A DNA stretch of 64,000 nt from Rhodoglobus sp. (GCA_965227655.1 OZ245765.1:2393724-2457723), one strand, 5' to 3'. Counted from the first letter of the stretch, positions 51,664 to 60,705 are shown. Numbers and translations are program-made. The notes: generated by a model not told the origin, from the sequence alone.

Positions 51664-52295
51664 TGTTCGGGCCTCGGGAGGATGCGGTCCTCGACCGCGC
51701 GCTTGTACAGGTCGATCTTGGTCTGCGCGGGGCGGCCCACGAGGGCGTATTTAGTGCGGATGCGTCGGATGTACTCGCTCACGGTGCTCGGGGAGAGTCC
51801 GGCGCGCGTGGCCACGGTGATGGACTTGTCGCCCGAGGCGTACAGGGCGAGCACCTCCTGCTCCTTCGGGCTGAGTTTCGCGGACGCGAGGTCGGGGTCG
51901 GAATCGAGGGCGGCGGCCCACTCCGTGGTCACGATGGTCTCGCCGCGGGCGGCCGCGCGCACGGCGTCGAGGATGGTCTGGCGCGTCTCCGACTTTCGCA
52001 CGATACCGAGCACGCCAGCCTTGGAGGCATCACGCACCTCGTCGGCGCTGTCGGCCGCGGTGAACGCGAGCACGCGCGCGTTCCTCTCGAGCAGAACGCT
52101 GAGGTTGTGGGCGATCGTCGTACCGTCGGAGAGCCGCACGTCGAGGATGACGAGGTCGACGCTGTCGAGCCAAGGCAGTATGTCGGTGACAGTCGGGCCG
52201 GCCGCCACGATCTCGAGCTCGGGATCCGTCGCCACGAGCGACGCGAAGCCCAGGCGCACGGTCTCGTGGTCATCGACATGCGCAAGACGGATCAT
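51660..52295 (-). CDS. NarL/LuxR family response regulator
   Basis: VDDHE, ILDVRL, VRKS receiver; LSPKEQEVL...LSPSTVSEYIRRIRTKY HTH. Confidence 0.93.
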   Translation of the reverse strand: MIRLAHVDDHETVRLGFASLVATDPELEIVAAGPTVTDILPWLDSVDLVILDVRLSDGTTIAHNLSVLLERNARVLAFTAADSADEVRDASKAGVLGIVRKSETRQTILDAVRAAARGETIVTTEWAAALDSDPDLASAKLSPKEQEVLALYASGDKSITVATRAGLSPSTVSEYIRRIRTKYALVGRPAQTKIDLYKRAVEDRILPRPEQ

Positions 52296-52477
52296 GACAC
52301 TGCCTCCGTCCACTGCGCTGCGAGTTGTTCCGAGAATGGCATGGGTGAGCATCCCTTGGCAAAACCGGGCGTCCTGCCCCCCGTACGGGTGTCAGGGAAA
52401 GTGACGACTAGGACGAGCGGTACACCGCTGTCAGGATTCGATCACCCCGACGTGACTTCCGTGATCCAGGAGCCCCG

Positions 52478-52891
52478 ATGCAAGCACTCGCAATTGACGA
52501 CCACGTCAGCACCAAGCTCTACGCGTGGTACACGTTCGTCTCCGCGTGGGTGCCGCCGGGGCAGAGCGCGCCCGGCATCTGCCAGGAGTGCGTCGAGTCC
52601 GCGCTCGCCTGCACCATCGACATCCAGGCCTGGCCGCACGATGTGATCCACGTGCTCGTGCAGTCGCTGCGCAGCGCCGTCCGCGACGTCCACGACTCCT
52701 ATTGCGAGGAGTTCCAATGGGACTGCACCTCCGCGCCGGATGTCGCCCATGCCGCCGTGCGCGACACGCTCATGCGCTACGCGCCCGACATCAACGACGT
52801 GCTCGACCAGTGCCTCACCGAGCGTCTCGAGACGTGGGTTGCCACCCAAGTCGATGACGACCTGGACCTCAGGCGCCTAGCGGCATCCTGA
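52478..52891 (+). CDS. Hypothetical protein with CxxC and HxxxH motifs
   Basis: W..W...WVP...CQEC...WPHDVIH; AGGAG RBS. Confidence 0.7.
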   Translation: MQALAIDDHVSTKLYAWYTFVSAWVPPGQSAPGICQECVESALACTIDIQAWPHDVIHVLVQSLRSAVRDVHDSYCEEFQWDCTSAPDVAHAAVRDTLMRYAPDINDVLDQCLTERLETWVATQVDDDLDLRRLAAS

Positions 52892-53240
52892 GCGGCCAGG
52901 CGCCATCCAGGATGACCTGGGTGGCTTCGCCGCTCGTGGCGTGCATGAGGATCGGCGCCATGAGGTTGGCCGAGGGCCCCGCGTCGTTGATGGTCGTGAC
53001 GACCAGGACGCGCACCTGCGAGGTCTCGGTGGCGCCGATGGATTCGAGCTGCTGCTCGCTGACCTCGGGGTTGTAGTCGGGCAGGTAGACGGGCGCGTCG
53101 ATGACGAACAGGCGGATGTCCGGAGCATCCAGTGACTGCAGCGTGTAGAGCCCGTCGGCGTCCGCGACGGGTGCCAGGTCGAAGTCGACGAGCGGCGAGA
53201 GGCCGGGGGGCGAGCTGATGAAGGTGACGAGGCCGGTCAT
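52869..53240 (-). CDS. fliW: Flagellar assembly factor FliW
   Basis: PPGL, LYTLQS, RLFVIDA..Y.PDY, SANLMAPI; follows flgL. Confidence 0.9.
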   Translation of the reverse strand: MTGLVTFISSPPGLSPLVDFDLAPVADADGLYTLQSLDAPDIRLFVIDAPVYLPDYNPEVSEQQLESIGATETSQVRVLVVTTINDAGPSANLMAPILMHATSGEATQVILDGAWPLRMPLGA

Positions 53241-54118
53241 GAGAGGAACGACATGAGTGTCGGCTGCAGCGCACGCGCGGTGACGGCGAGGGCAGTCTGG
53301 TAGGCGACCTCCTGTGACTTCAGTTCCAGGATCACCTTGCTCAAGTCGATATCCTCCACATCGGCTCGCTGGCTCTCCAGTGAGCCGGACTGTGCCATGT
53401 TCAGCTCCTTACTGGTCTCCAGTTGCGCGTACTTCGACCCCACACGCGATTGCTCTCCCAGTATGGACGAGAGGGCCCCGTCCACGGCGGTGAGATGAGT
53501 GCTGATATCCGTGCCCGCGCGCAGGTCGCTCGCGATCTGGTCGATGAGGGCGAAGGTCGAGGTGGCACCGGTACCGAACACGGTGGTGCCGTCGACATCG
53601 ACGCGCACGGTCGAGGTGGGGCTGATGCGGCGCTCGACGCCACTCGTGACGGCGTTGCTCGTGTAGGTGGAGGTGAAGGCCTCGGCGGCGTCGGAGTTGC
53701 CGGCGAACACCGAGCGGCCCGCGTACTTCGTGTTCGCCGTGGCGAGCAGCTGCTCCTTGAGGGAGTCGAGCTGGATGGCGATGGCCTCGCGTGACGCGGG
53801 GGAGAGCGATCCGGTGCTCGCGCCCTGCACGACGAGGTCGCGCACGGCCTGCATCGTGTCCGTCGCGTTCGAGAGCGCCGTGTCGGCAGTGCCGAGCCAC
53901 GACAGTCCGTCTTTGATGTTCGTGGAGAACTGCGTGAGCGCGCGCTGGTCGGCCCGGATGCGCAGGGACTCGCCGGCGCCAGCCGGATCGTCGGACGGCT
54001 TCGAGATGGACTTCTGCGTTCCTGCCTGGTTCTGGAGCTTGGCGAGCGTGGCCATGGAGGTCTGCAGGTTGCGCTGCGACGACTGCAGCAGCATCGAACT
54101 GGTGATTCTCTCAACCAT
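53237..54118 (-). CDS. flgL: Flagellar hook-associated protein 3
   Basis: Flagellin-like N-terminus KPSDDPAG, ANTKYAGRSVFAG, C-terminal YQTALAVTARALQPTLMSFL. Confidence 0.93.
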   Translation of the reverse strand: MVERITSSMLLQSSQRNLQTSMATLAKLQNQAGTQKSISKPSDDPAGAGESLRIRADQRALTQFSTNIKDGLSWLGTADTALSNATDTMQAVRDLVVQGASTGSLSPASREAIAIQLDSLKEQLLATANTKYAGRSVFAGNSDAAEAFTSTYTSNAVTSGVERRISPTSTVRVDVDGTTVFGTGATSTFALIDQIASDLRAGTDISTHLTAVDGALSSILGEQSRVGSKYAQLETSKELNMAQSGSLESQRADVEDIDLSKVILELKSQEVAYQTALAVTARALQPTLMSFLS

Positions 54119-54121
54119 CGG

Positions 54122-55543
54122 CTATCTCCCCACCACTCCGGTGCGATTGATGAGTGTGTCGAGCATCTCGTCGATCGCTGTCATCACTCTCGCAGCACCC
54201 TGGTACGCGTGCTGGTAGGTGATGAGCTGTGTCGTCTCCTCGTCCATGTCCACGCTCGTCTCCGAGAGCAGCTTCGCGCTCGCCGAGGAGGCGGCCTGGG
54301 TGGCTGTCGCAGCCTGGTCCGTGGACTTGCGGGTGTCGATGCCGACCCGTACGACGAACGACGACCACGAGGCATCCGGACCCGTTGCCGAAGAACCGAG
54401 GGCCGAGATGCGGTCGGCCAGGCTGCCGTCGAGGGCGCCCGCGCCGACCGTGCCCGTGGCGATGCCCGAGGCGTCGGTCGGGATGATCGAGAGGCCCAGG
54501 GCCGCGGGCTTGCTCGCGTCGATGGCGAAGAAGTTCAGGTTGGTGACTCCCGCGGTCGTCGCACCGGTCGAGTGGATCGCGTTCACCTGGGTGGCGAGCT
54601 GCGTCGCGAGGGCGTTGTACGTCTCCGCCGCCGAGACGATGCTGCCGCCACCGCTCGCGCTGCCGGGGCCGAGGGCCGCCACCGCTGCTGCGAGCGCGCC
54701 GCCCGAGAGCGCAGCGGAACTGCCGGGGCGGTTCGCCCACTCGAGCTGCACGGGGCTCGTGTTCGCGTCGCCCAGGAGCTGGGCGCCGGTGAGCACGAGC
54801 GTGTGGGTCTTGTTGCCGGTCACGAGCGGGTTTCCGCCGACGAGGACGTCGGCTGAGCCATCCGCCCGGTCGACGACGGTCGCGCCCGTGAGGTTCGCGA
54901 GGGTCGTCGTGAGCTGCGCGCGCTGGTCGAGCATCTCGTTGGGCGACTGGCCCGCGGCCGTGGCCTGGCGGATCTGATCGTTGAGGGCCGCGACCTGCGT
55001 GGCGATGGCGTTGACCTGGGTCACCATGCCCTGCGCCTGGCTGCGCGTGGTGGTGAAGGTGTCGACGGCGTCCTGATAGCCCTGGGCGAGCGCACTCGCG
55101 ACGCCGCTCGCGGCCTCGATGAGCACTCCGGATGCCGACGACTCGCCAGCGTGGTTGGAGACGTTGCCCCACGCGGCCCAGAAGTCGTGCAGCTTTGCGG
55201 CGAGGCCGTTGTCGCCCGGCTCGTGCAGCGAGGTCTCGATGGCGTTCTGCACGGTCGAGGTCATCTGGGCGTAGCCGCTGGAGGCCGACGACGTGCGAAC
55301 GCGGCTCTCGAGCAGCGCGTTGCCGAGGCGCTGGATCATGTCGACGGTGACGCCCGTGCCACCGCGGAAGAGGGTGTCGAGCGGGCCGATGCCCGCGAGG
55401 GAGCCGTTCGCCGACTGGCCCACCCGTTGGCGCGTGTAGCCCTCGGTGTTGACGTTGGCGATGTTCTGGCCGATGGTGTCGATGCCGGCGCGAGCGGCGG
55501 CGAGACCCGTGTACGCGGTGCTGAGCCCTCCGAAAGTGCTCAT
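54122..55543 (-). CDS. flgK: Flagellar hook-associated protein 1
   Basis: GQNIANVNTEGYTRQRV; VDMDEETTQLITYQHAYQGAARVM; start MSTFGG. Confidence 0.95.
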   Translation of the reverse strand: MSTFGGLSTAYTGLAAARAGIDTIGQNIANVNTEGYTRQRVGQSANGSLAGIGPLDTLFRGGTGVTVDMIQRLGNALLESRVRTSSASSGYAQMTSTVQNAIETSLHEPGDNGLAAKLHDFWAAWGNVSNHAGESSASGVLIEAASGVASALAQGYQDAVDTFTTTRSQAQGMVTQVNAIATQVAALNDQIRQATAAGQSPNEMLDQRAQLTTTLANLTGATVVDRADGSADVLVGGNPLVTGNKTHTLVLTGAQLLGDANTSPVQLEWANRPGSSAALSGGALAAAVAALGPGSASGGGSIVSAAETYNALATQLATQVNAIHSTGATTAGVTNLNFFAIDASKPAALGLSIIPTDASGIATGTVGAGALDGSLADRISALGSSATGPDASWSSFVVRVGIDTRKSTDQAATATQAASSASAKLLSETSVDMDEETTQLITYQHAYQGAARVMTAIDEMLDTLINRTGVVGR

Positions 55544-56025
55544 GCCTCGTTGTCCAGAAGTCGTGCGCGGGGGCTGGGGATGTCTGCGGCCCCTGTCGCG
55601 TCGTACGTTCCACTGTCGGTGACGATGTGGGCGAGGGTCTCCTGCGTCGAGCGGGAGGCGGCCCGCAGGAACTGCAGGTTGCTGTCGCGGAGCGCGGCGA
55701 TTCCGGCCGCGAGTTCGTTGAGGGCGTGCAGGTGAGACGTGAACGTCTCCTTCCACGCGGCCGACGGCGCGTGGGTGATGATCTCCTTGAGCGTCGCATC
55801 CTCGCTCGTGCCCCACTCGGTGGCGACCCCCGCGACCTCGAGCGAGCGCTCAAGGGCTGACTGGCGGAGGCGGCCGAGAACCTGCTCGACCTCGCGCGTG
55901 GCGAAAGGGAGCCACCGGGTTCGACCCGCGCTCAGAAGCAGCTGCTCCTCTTCGAGCTTGAACATGAGGAGTTCGAGCATCTCGCGCTCGCGCCACAGGA
56001 GCGCAGACAGTTCATGGGCTCCCAT
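55540..56025 (-). CDS. flgN: Flagellar export chaperone FlgN
   Basis: ELSALLWRERE.LELL.FKLEEEQLLL..GRTRWL; directly upstream of flgK. Confidence 0.85.
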   Translation of the reverse strand: MGAHELSALLWREREMLELLMFKLEEEQLLLSAGRTRWLPFATREVEQVLGRLRQSALERSLEVAGVATEWGTSEDATLKEIITHAPSAAWKETFTSHLHALNELAAGIAALRDSNLQFLRAASRSTQETLAHIVTDSGTYDATGAADIPSPRARLLDNEA

Positions 56026-56111
56026 GCGTGAGTGGTCTCCTTCCGGTTGCTCGGGGCTGACCCTCTCCGTTTCGATCTTCGCATAGAGCGTCCGATTGGG
56101 CATACAGAGAA

Positions 56112-56139
56112 CTGTCGGCAGCTTTTCGCGTCCCGTTAG
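56112..56139 (-). promoter_or_regulatory. Sigma-28 (FliA/WhiG/SigD)-type promoter of flgN-flgK-flgL-fliW
   Basis: Minus strand CTAAC-N16-CCGACAG. Confidence 0.7.
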
Positions 56140-56357
56140 TGGGAATTGATATATCACCTCACATAGGTGCGTGTCAGAGACGACACGCGCACCCGTTGTG
56201 GGGGGTGCGGGGGGTCGGATATACCCCACATAATTGTGAACTGTCACCGGCGAGGGCTTACCCAGCACCCACTCCTCGCTTGCGAACCCGACGAAATTAC
56301 CAAGCGTTCCCTGAGGGGACCGCGCAATGCATATCGGTGACTTCTGGGGAGCCCTCG

Positions 56358-57179
56358 GTGAATCGAGACCAACGCAACGCGCTTGTCGTGGAGAACCTGC
56401 CTTTGGTCGGGTATCTCGTCCGCGACCTCTGCGCGCGCGCGACACATCTTTCTCGCGACGACCTAGCCGCTGCCGGCGCCCTGGCCCTCGTGACATCGGC
56501 TGACGCCTACGACCCGTCCCTCGGTGTGCCCTTCGGCGCCTTCGCCCGCCGACGCATCATCGGCTCGTTCGCCGACACCATGCGCACGGATGACTGGGCG
56601 ACGCGCAGCGCTCGGCGCCGCATCCGGGAGACCCTCGCCGTTCAGGAGACGCTCACCGCCTCGCTCGGCCGCGTGCCGAGCGTCGACGAGATCGCCTCGA
56701 CCCTCGGCGTCGACAGGCAATCCGCGACGGATGCCCTCACCGACGCCTCGCGCACCATCAGCACCCTCGACGAGATCAACACCGACCTGCTGATCGCCGA
56801 CAACTCGACGCCCGAGGAGACGGTGATCACCCAAGAGCGCACGATCTTCGTCCGTTCCACCGTCGCTGCCCTTCCCGACGACATGCGCTACATCATCGAG
56901 CAGATCTACTTCGAGGAGCGCACGGTCAAGGAGATCGCCGAGGAGCTGGGATTCACCCACTCCGCGGTCTCGCAGAAGCGGTCGGAGGCTGTGCGCCTCA
57001 TCCGCGACGGCCTCACCACCCACTACGCGGAAGACGAGCGCGCCGCCGCTGTCGCCGCCGAATCGCGCATCGCCCCCGTGCGTCGCGCCGCATATCTTGC
57101 CCGTGTCGCCGAGTACGCCAAAGCCGGAATGGTTGACGGTCTCGTAGACACGGGTTGGGCGGAGTCAGCTGTCTCCTGA
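56358..57179 (+). CDS. fliA: FliA/WhiG family RNA polymerase sigma factor
   Basis: VENLPLV, DDLAAAGALAL, FGAFARRRIIG...DDWATRS, region-4 HTH TVKEIAEELGFTHSAVSQ; GTG start at 56358. Confidence 0.88.
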   Translation: MNRDQRNALVVENLPLVGYLVRDLCARATHLSRDDLAAAGALALVTSADAYDPSLGVPFGAFARRRIIGSFADTMRTDDWATRSARRRIRETLAVQETLTASLGRVPSVDEIASTLGVDRQSATDALTDASRTISTLDEINTDLLIADNSTPEETVITQERTIFVRSTVAALPDDMRYIIEQIYFEERTVKEIAEELGFTHSAVSQKRSEAVRLIRDGLTTHYAEDERAAAVAAESRIAPVRRAAYLARVAEYAKAGMVDGLVDTGWAESAVS

Positions 57180-57199
57180 CCCCCCTTTCGGGTCGAAAG

Positions 57200-57227
57200 C
57201 TAACCAGTAACACCGAGCAACCGAATG
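57200..57227 (+). promoter_or_regulatory. Sigma-28-type promoter of flagellin
   Basis: CTAAC-N16-CCGAATG. Confidence 0.7.
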
Positions 57228-57232
57228 TCAAC

Positions 57233-57280
57233 AGTGCCGGACCACGGATGGACCGGCGCACTAAGCCCACATCACGGAGG
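57233..57280 (+). promoter_or_regulatory. Two CsrA-like binding sites in the flagellin 5' UTR
   Basis: CACGGATG at the apex of hairpin 57233-57262; CACGGAGG overlapping the Shine-Dalgarno at 57273-57280. Confidence 0.6.
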
Positions 57281-57288
57281 AAATCACC

Positions 57289-58437
57289 ATGGGTATGTCA
57301 ATCAACACCAACATCGCGGCGAACAACTCGTACCGCAACCTCACGAACACGCAGAACGACCTGTCCAAGTCGCTGGAGAAGCTCTCCAGCGGTCTTCGCA
57401 TCAACCGCGCAGCGGATGACGCAGCAGGCCTCGCGATCTCTGAGGGCCTCAAGTCGCAGGTCGGTGGCCTCACGGTCGCCTCCCGCAACGCCCAGGACGG
57501 CATCTCGGTCATCCAGACCGCTGAAGGCTCGCTCTCCGAGGTCCACACCATCCTGCAGCGCGTTCGTGACCTGGCCGTCCAGGCCGGTAACGACTCGAAC
57601 AACGCAACGTCGCGCGCCGCGATCACCACCGAGGTGTCCGCGCTCACGACCGAGCTCGGTCGTATCGCTTCCGCCACGGACTTCAACGGCACCAAGCTGC
57701 TCGACGGCTCGGCTTCGGCACTGAGCTTCCAGGTCGGCGCGAACGGCGATGCGGCCAGCCGCATCTCGGTCAACCTCACCAACATCGCCGGTCTGGCCGC
57801 GGGCCTCACCACCGGCGGCGCTGGCGCGAAGTTCGACGTGCTCACCCCGACCGACGTCACGGGCGCCCAGGCGTTCACCGTCACGGACGGCACCACCGAC
57901 ACGACCATCAGCGTTACGCTCGGCGCTGCCGGCACGTACAAGACGGTCCAGGATGTGGCCAGCGCCCTCAACGCCGACACCGGCTTCAAGGGCAAGCTCA
58001 ACGCGACGGTCAACCAGAACAACCAGCTCGTCGTGAGCGCGCTCTCGGGCGGTGCTGTCGTCGGTGGCTCGACCGCGGGTACGGACGCCTCGTCCGGTAC
58101 CGGTACGGGCACCTCCTCGGCTGTTGCCGGTGGCGTGCTCAACTTCACCAACGCGACCACGTCCGCCGCCGCCATCACGGCGATCGACGCTCGTATCGCC
58201 TCGGTGTCGACCGCTCGCGCCGACCTCGGTGCACAGCAGAACCGTTTCGAGAGCGTCATCCGCAACCTGGCAGTCTCGAAGGAGAACCTGTCGGCGGCCG
58301 GCTCGCGCATCCGCGACACGGACATGGCTGAGGAAATGGTCAAGTACACGCGTGCCAACATCCTGCAGCAGGCTGGCACCGCGATGCTGGCGCAGGCCAA
58401 CCAGAGCACCTCTGGCATCCTGCAGCTCCTGCGCTAG
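57289..58437 (+). CDS. fliC: Flagellin
   Basis: LEKLSSGLRINRAADDAAGL, RNAQDGIS.IQTAEG, GAQQNRFE, SRIRDTDMAEEM, AMLAQAN. Confidence 0.98.
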   Translation: MGMSINTNIAANNSYRNLTNTQNDLSKSLEKLSSGLRINRAADDAAGLAISEGLKSQVGGLTVASRNAQDGISVIQTAEGSLSEVHTILQRVRDLAVQAGNDSNNATSRAAITTEVSALTTELGRIASATDFNGTKLLDGSASALSFQVGANGDAASRISVNLTNIAGLAAGLTTGGAGAKFDVLTPTDVTGAQAFTVTDGTTDTTISVTLGAAGTYKTVQDVASALNADTGFKGKLNATVNQNNQLVVSALSGGAVVGGSTAGTDASSGTGTGTSSAVAGGVLNFTNATTSAAAITAIDARIASVSTARADLGAQQNRFESVIRNLAVSKENLSAAGSRIRDTDMAEEMVKYTRANILQQAGTAMLAQANQSTSGILQLLR

Positions 58438-58476
58438 TCCCAGTCGCACTAACTGAACTGATCTAACGCACATCCT

Positions 58477-58523
58477 CCGGTGGTGGCGGTGAAGGGCCCA
58501 AGAACCCTTCGCCGTCACCCCGG
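58477..58523 (+). terminator. Strong hairpin between fliC and fliD (terminator or 3' stabiliser)
   Basis: GGTGGCGGTGAAGGG / CCCTTCGCCGTCACC with G-U pairs, flanked by CCGG. Confidence 0.6.
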
Positions 58524-58553
58524 TGGGTGGCTACCCCACCAGGAGAGGACACC

Positions 58554-59939
58554 ATGGGATCGCTAGCTATCGACGGGCTCGTCAGCGGCCTCCAGACCAC
58601 GGACCTCATCAACAACCTCATGTCGATCGAGGCGGCGCCCCAGACGCTCCTCAAAGCGAAAGCCTCGACAACCCAGAGCCTCGTCTCCGCGTTCCAGAGC
58701 CTCAACACCTCTGTCGCCTCCCTTGCCTCCTTTGCCAAGAAGACAGCACTGCCCGCCTCGGTCGACCTCTTCACCGCGACCTCGAGCGCCTCGAGCGTGC
58801 TCGCCACCGCGGCATCCGGTGCCTCGGTCGGCCAGATCGACCTGAGCGTGACCTCCGTCGCCAAATCGCAAGTCTCCGTCTCCGCTGCCATGTCGCAGTG
58901 GGCAGACAGCCCCGCGACCTTCACGATCGTCAAGGCCGACGGCACCAAAGTCGAGATCACCGCCGCATCCACGTCGATGTCGGACATCGCGGATGCCATC
59001 AACTCCTCATCCGCGGGCGTCAAAGCCGCACGCGTCGCCGCGGGCACGAACGGCACCGACCCGCTCTACCGCCTCCAGCTCACGTCGAGCACGACGGGAG
59101 CGGCCAGTGCGTTCCAGGTCTTCCGCGGCTCGGCCGCCGACGTCACCGCGGGCACCGCTCCCAACCTGCTCACCGAGACGGGGGCCGCCACTGTCGCGAC
59201 CGCGAGCGACGCGTCGGTCACACTGTGGGCCGGCACTGCCGCCGAGCAGGTCATCACGTCCTCGACGAACGCGTTCACCGACATCCTGCCCGGCGTCACG
59301 ATCAACGTCTCCAAGGTTGAGACCTCGCCCGTGACGATCAGCGTCGCGAAGGATACCGCGGGCATCAGCGCCCTCGCGTCCAACCTCGTGGCAAACCTCG
59401 GCGTGGTCTTCAACTTCATCGACAGCAAGTCGACGGTCACGCCCACGACCTCGTCGACGGGCCAGGCCGGCACCTCCGCGGGGGTGTTCACCGGCAACAG
59501 CACGGCGCGTGACGTGAAGGCGCGCATCATGACGGCGGCCTCGGCCCCCGTCGACGGACGCTCGCCCTCCGAGATCGGCATCTCGATCACCAAGGACGGC
59601 ACCATCGAGTACGACGCGACCAAGTTCGCCGCCGCCCTCGCCGCGGACCCTGCCAAGACGCAGGCGATGCTCCAGACCATCTCCGACCGCGTGGCCACGG
59701 CCGCGGACTCGGCGTCGAACCAGTACACGGGCTCGATCACGCAGGTCATCACGGGCCAGCAGTCGTCGCTCAAATCGCTCGGCGACCAGATCAGCGACTG
59801 GGATGTGCGGCTTGCCTCCCAGCGCACGGGCCTCGAGCGCGTCTACTCGGCGCTCGAAGTCTCGCTCAGCAACCTTCAGGCACAATCCAGCTGGCTGACC
59901 TCACAGCTCGCTGCACTCTCATCGGGGACCAGCTCATGA
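58554..59939 (+). CDS. fliD: Flagellar filament cap protein
   Basis: GLVSGLQTTDLINNLM; PSEIGISITKDGTIEYD; LERVYSALEVSLSNLQAQSSWL. Confidence 0.95.
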   Translation: MGSLAIDGLVSGLQTTDLINNLMSIEAAPQTLLKAKASTTQSLVSAFQSLNTSVASLASFAKKTALPASVDLFTATSSASSVLATAASGASVGQIDLSVTSVAKSQVSVSAAMSQWADSPATFTIVKADGTKVEITAASTSMSDIADAINSSSAGVKAARVAAGTNGTDPLYRLQLTSSTTGAASAFQVFRGSAADVTAGTAPNLLTETGAATVATASDASVTLWAGTAAEQVITSSTNAFTDILPGVTINVSKVETSPVTISVAKDTAGISALASNLVANLGVVFNFIDSKSTVTPTTSSTGQAGTSAGVFTGNSTARDVKARIMTAASAPVDGRSPSEIGISITKDGTIEYDATKFAAALAADPAKTQAMLQTISDRVATAADSASNQYTGSITQVITGQQSSLKSLGDQISDWDVRLASQRTGLERVYSALEVSLSNLQAQSSWLTSQLAALSSGTSS

Positions 59940-60376
59940 CCATGACACAGGACCCGCGCCTCGCGCGGGCGCAGTACAACCAGGATGCGATCCTCTCGGC
60001 ATCGCCCAACCGGTTGCTCACGATGCTGTTCGACAGGCTCATGCTCGACCTGCAGCGCGCGGAGGCCGCGCAGTCCGAGCAGGACTGGAACCGGGCATCC
60101 GGCTACCTCATCCACGCTCAGGACATCGTCGCGGAGCTCGCCGGCACGCTCGACGTGGAGCGTTGGGATGGCGGCCAGAACCTGCTCGCCATCTACCTGT
60201 TCTCGTCGACGAAGCTCGTGAGCGCCAACGTCGAGCACTCGATCGAGCGCACGCGCGAGGTCATCACGATCATGGAGCCGCTGCGCCAGACCTGGCACGA
60301 AGCCGCGGCCATCGTCGCGGCGCAGTCGAGCGCGCAGTACACGGGCAGCAGCACGGGCGAGCTCGGCTTTGCCTGA
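59936..60376 (+). CDS. fliS: Flagellar export chaperone FliS
   Basis: ASPNRLLTMLFDRL, HAQDIVAEL..TLD...W.GGQNL..IY, PLRQTWHEA. Confidence 0.93.
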   Translation: MTMTQDPRLARAQYNQDAILSASPNRLLTMLFDRLMLDLQRAEAAQSEQDWNRASGYLIHAQDIVAELAGTLDVERWDGGQNLLAIYLFSSTKLVSANVEHSIERTREVITIMEPLRQTWHEAAAIVAAQSSAQYTGSSTGELGFA

Positions 60377-60674
60377 TCGCGAGGAGATCAACGCCTCTTG
60401 GCGCATGATCCTGGGCGAGCTGGAAACGGATCTCGCCCGCCTCAGCTCGGGCGACGGGGGCCGTATCGCCTCCGCAGACTGGTCGCCGCCCACCATCGTC
60501 GGGCCGCTGCCGGACGAGTACGCCCACACCGTGCGCGACCTCATCGAGCGCCAGCGCCTCGCCCTCGAGGCCCTCGAGGAGGAGCGTCGCCGAACGGGCG
60601 AGCACCTCTCCGCCGTGAAGGCCGCGGAGCCCGCGCGCGGCCACCAGCCCGCGTACCTCGACGTCGAAGGCTGA
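60369..60674 (+). CDS. Hypothetical flagellar protein in the fliT position
   Basis: Overlaps fliS; helical; W..ILGELE.DL...WSPP...GPLP...AYLD. Confidence 0.7.
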   Translation: MPDREEINASWRMILGELETDLARLSSGDGGRIASADWSPPTIVGPLPDEYAHTVRDLIERQRLALEALEEERRRTGEHLSAVKAAEPARGHQPAYLDVEG

Positions 60675-60705
60675 AGCTGAAGCTGAGGTCTTTTTTCTCA
60701 AACTT

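Noticed and set aside
60670-60687. GCTGAA x3 microrepeat after the fliT-position gene
   Set aside because: Too short and mostly intergenic to imply phase variation.
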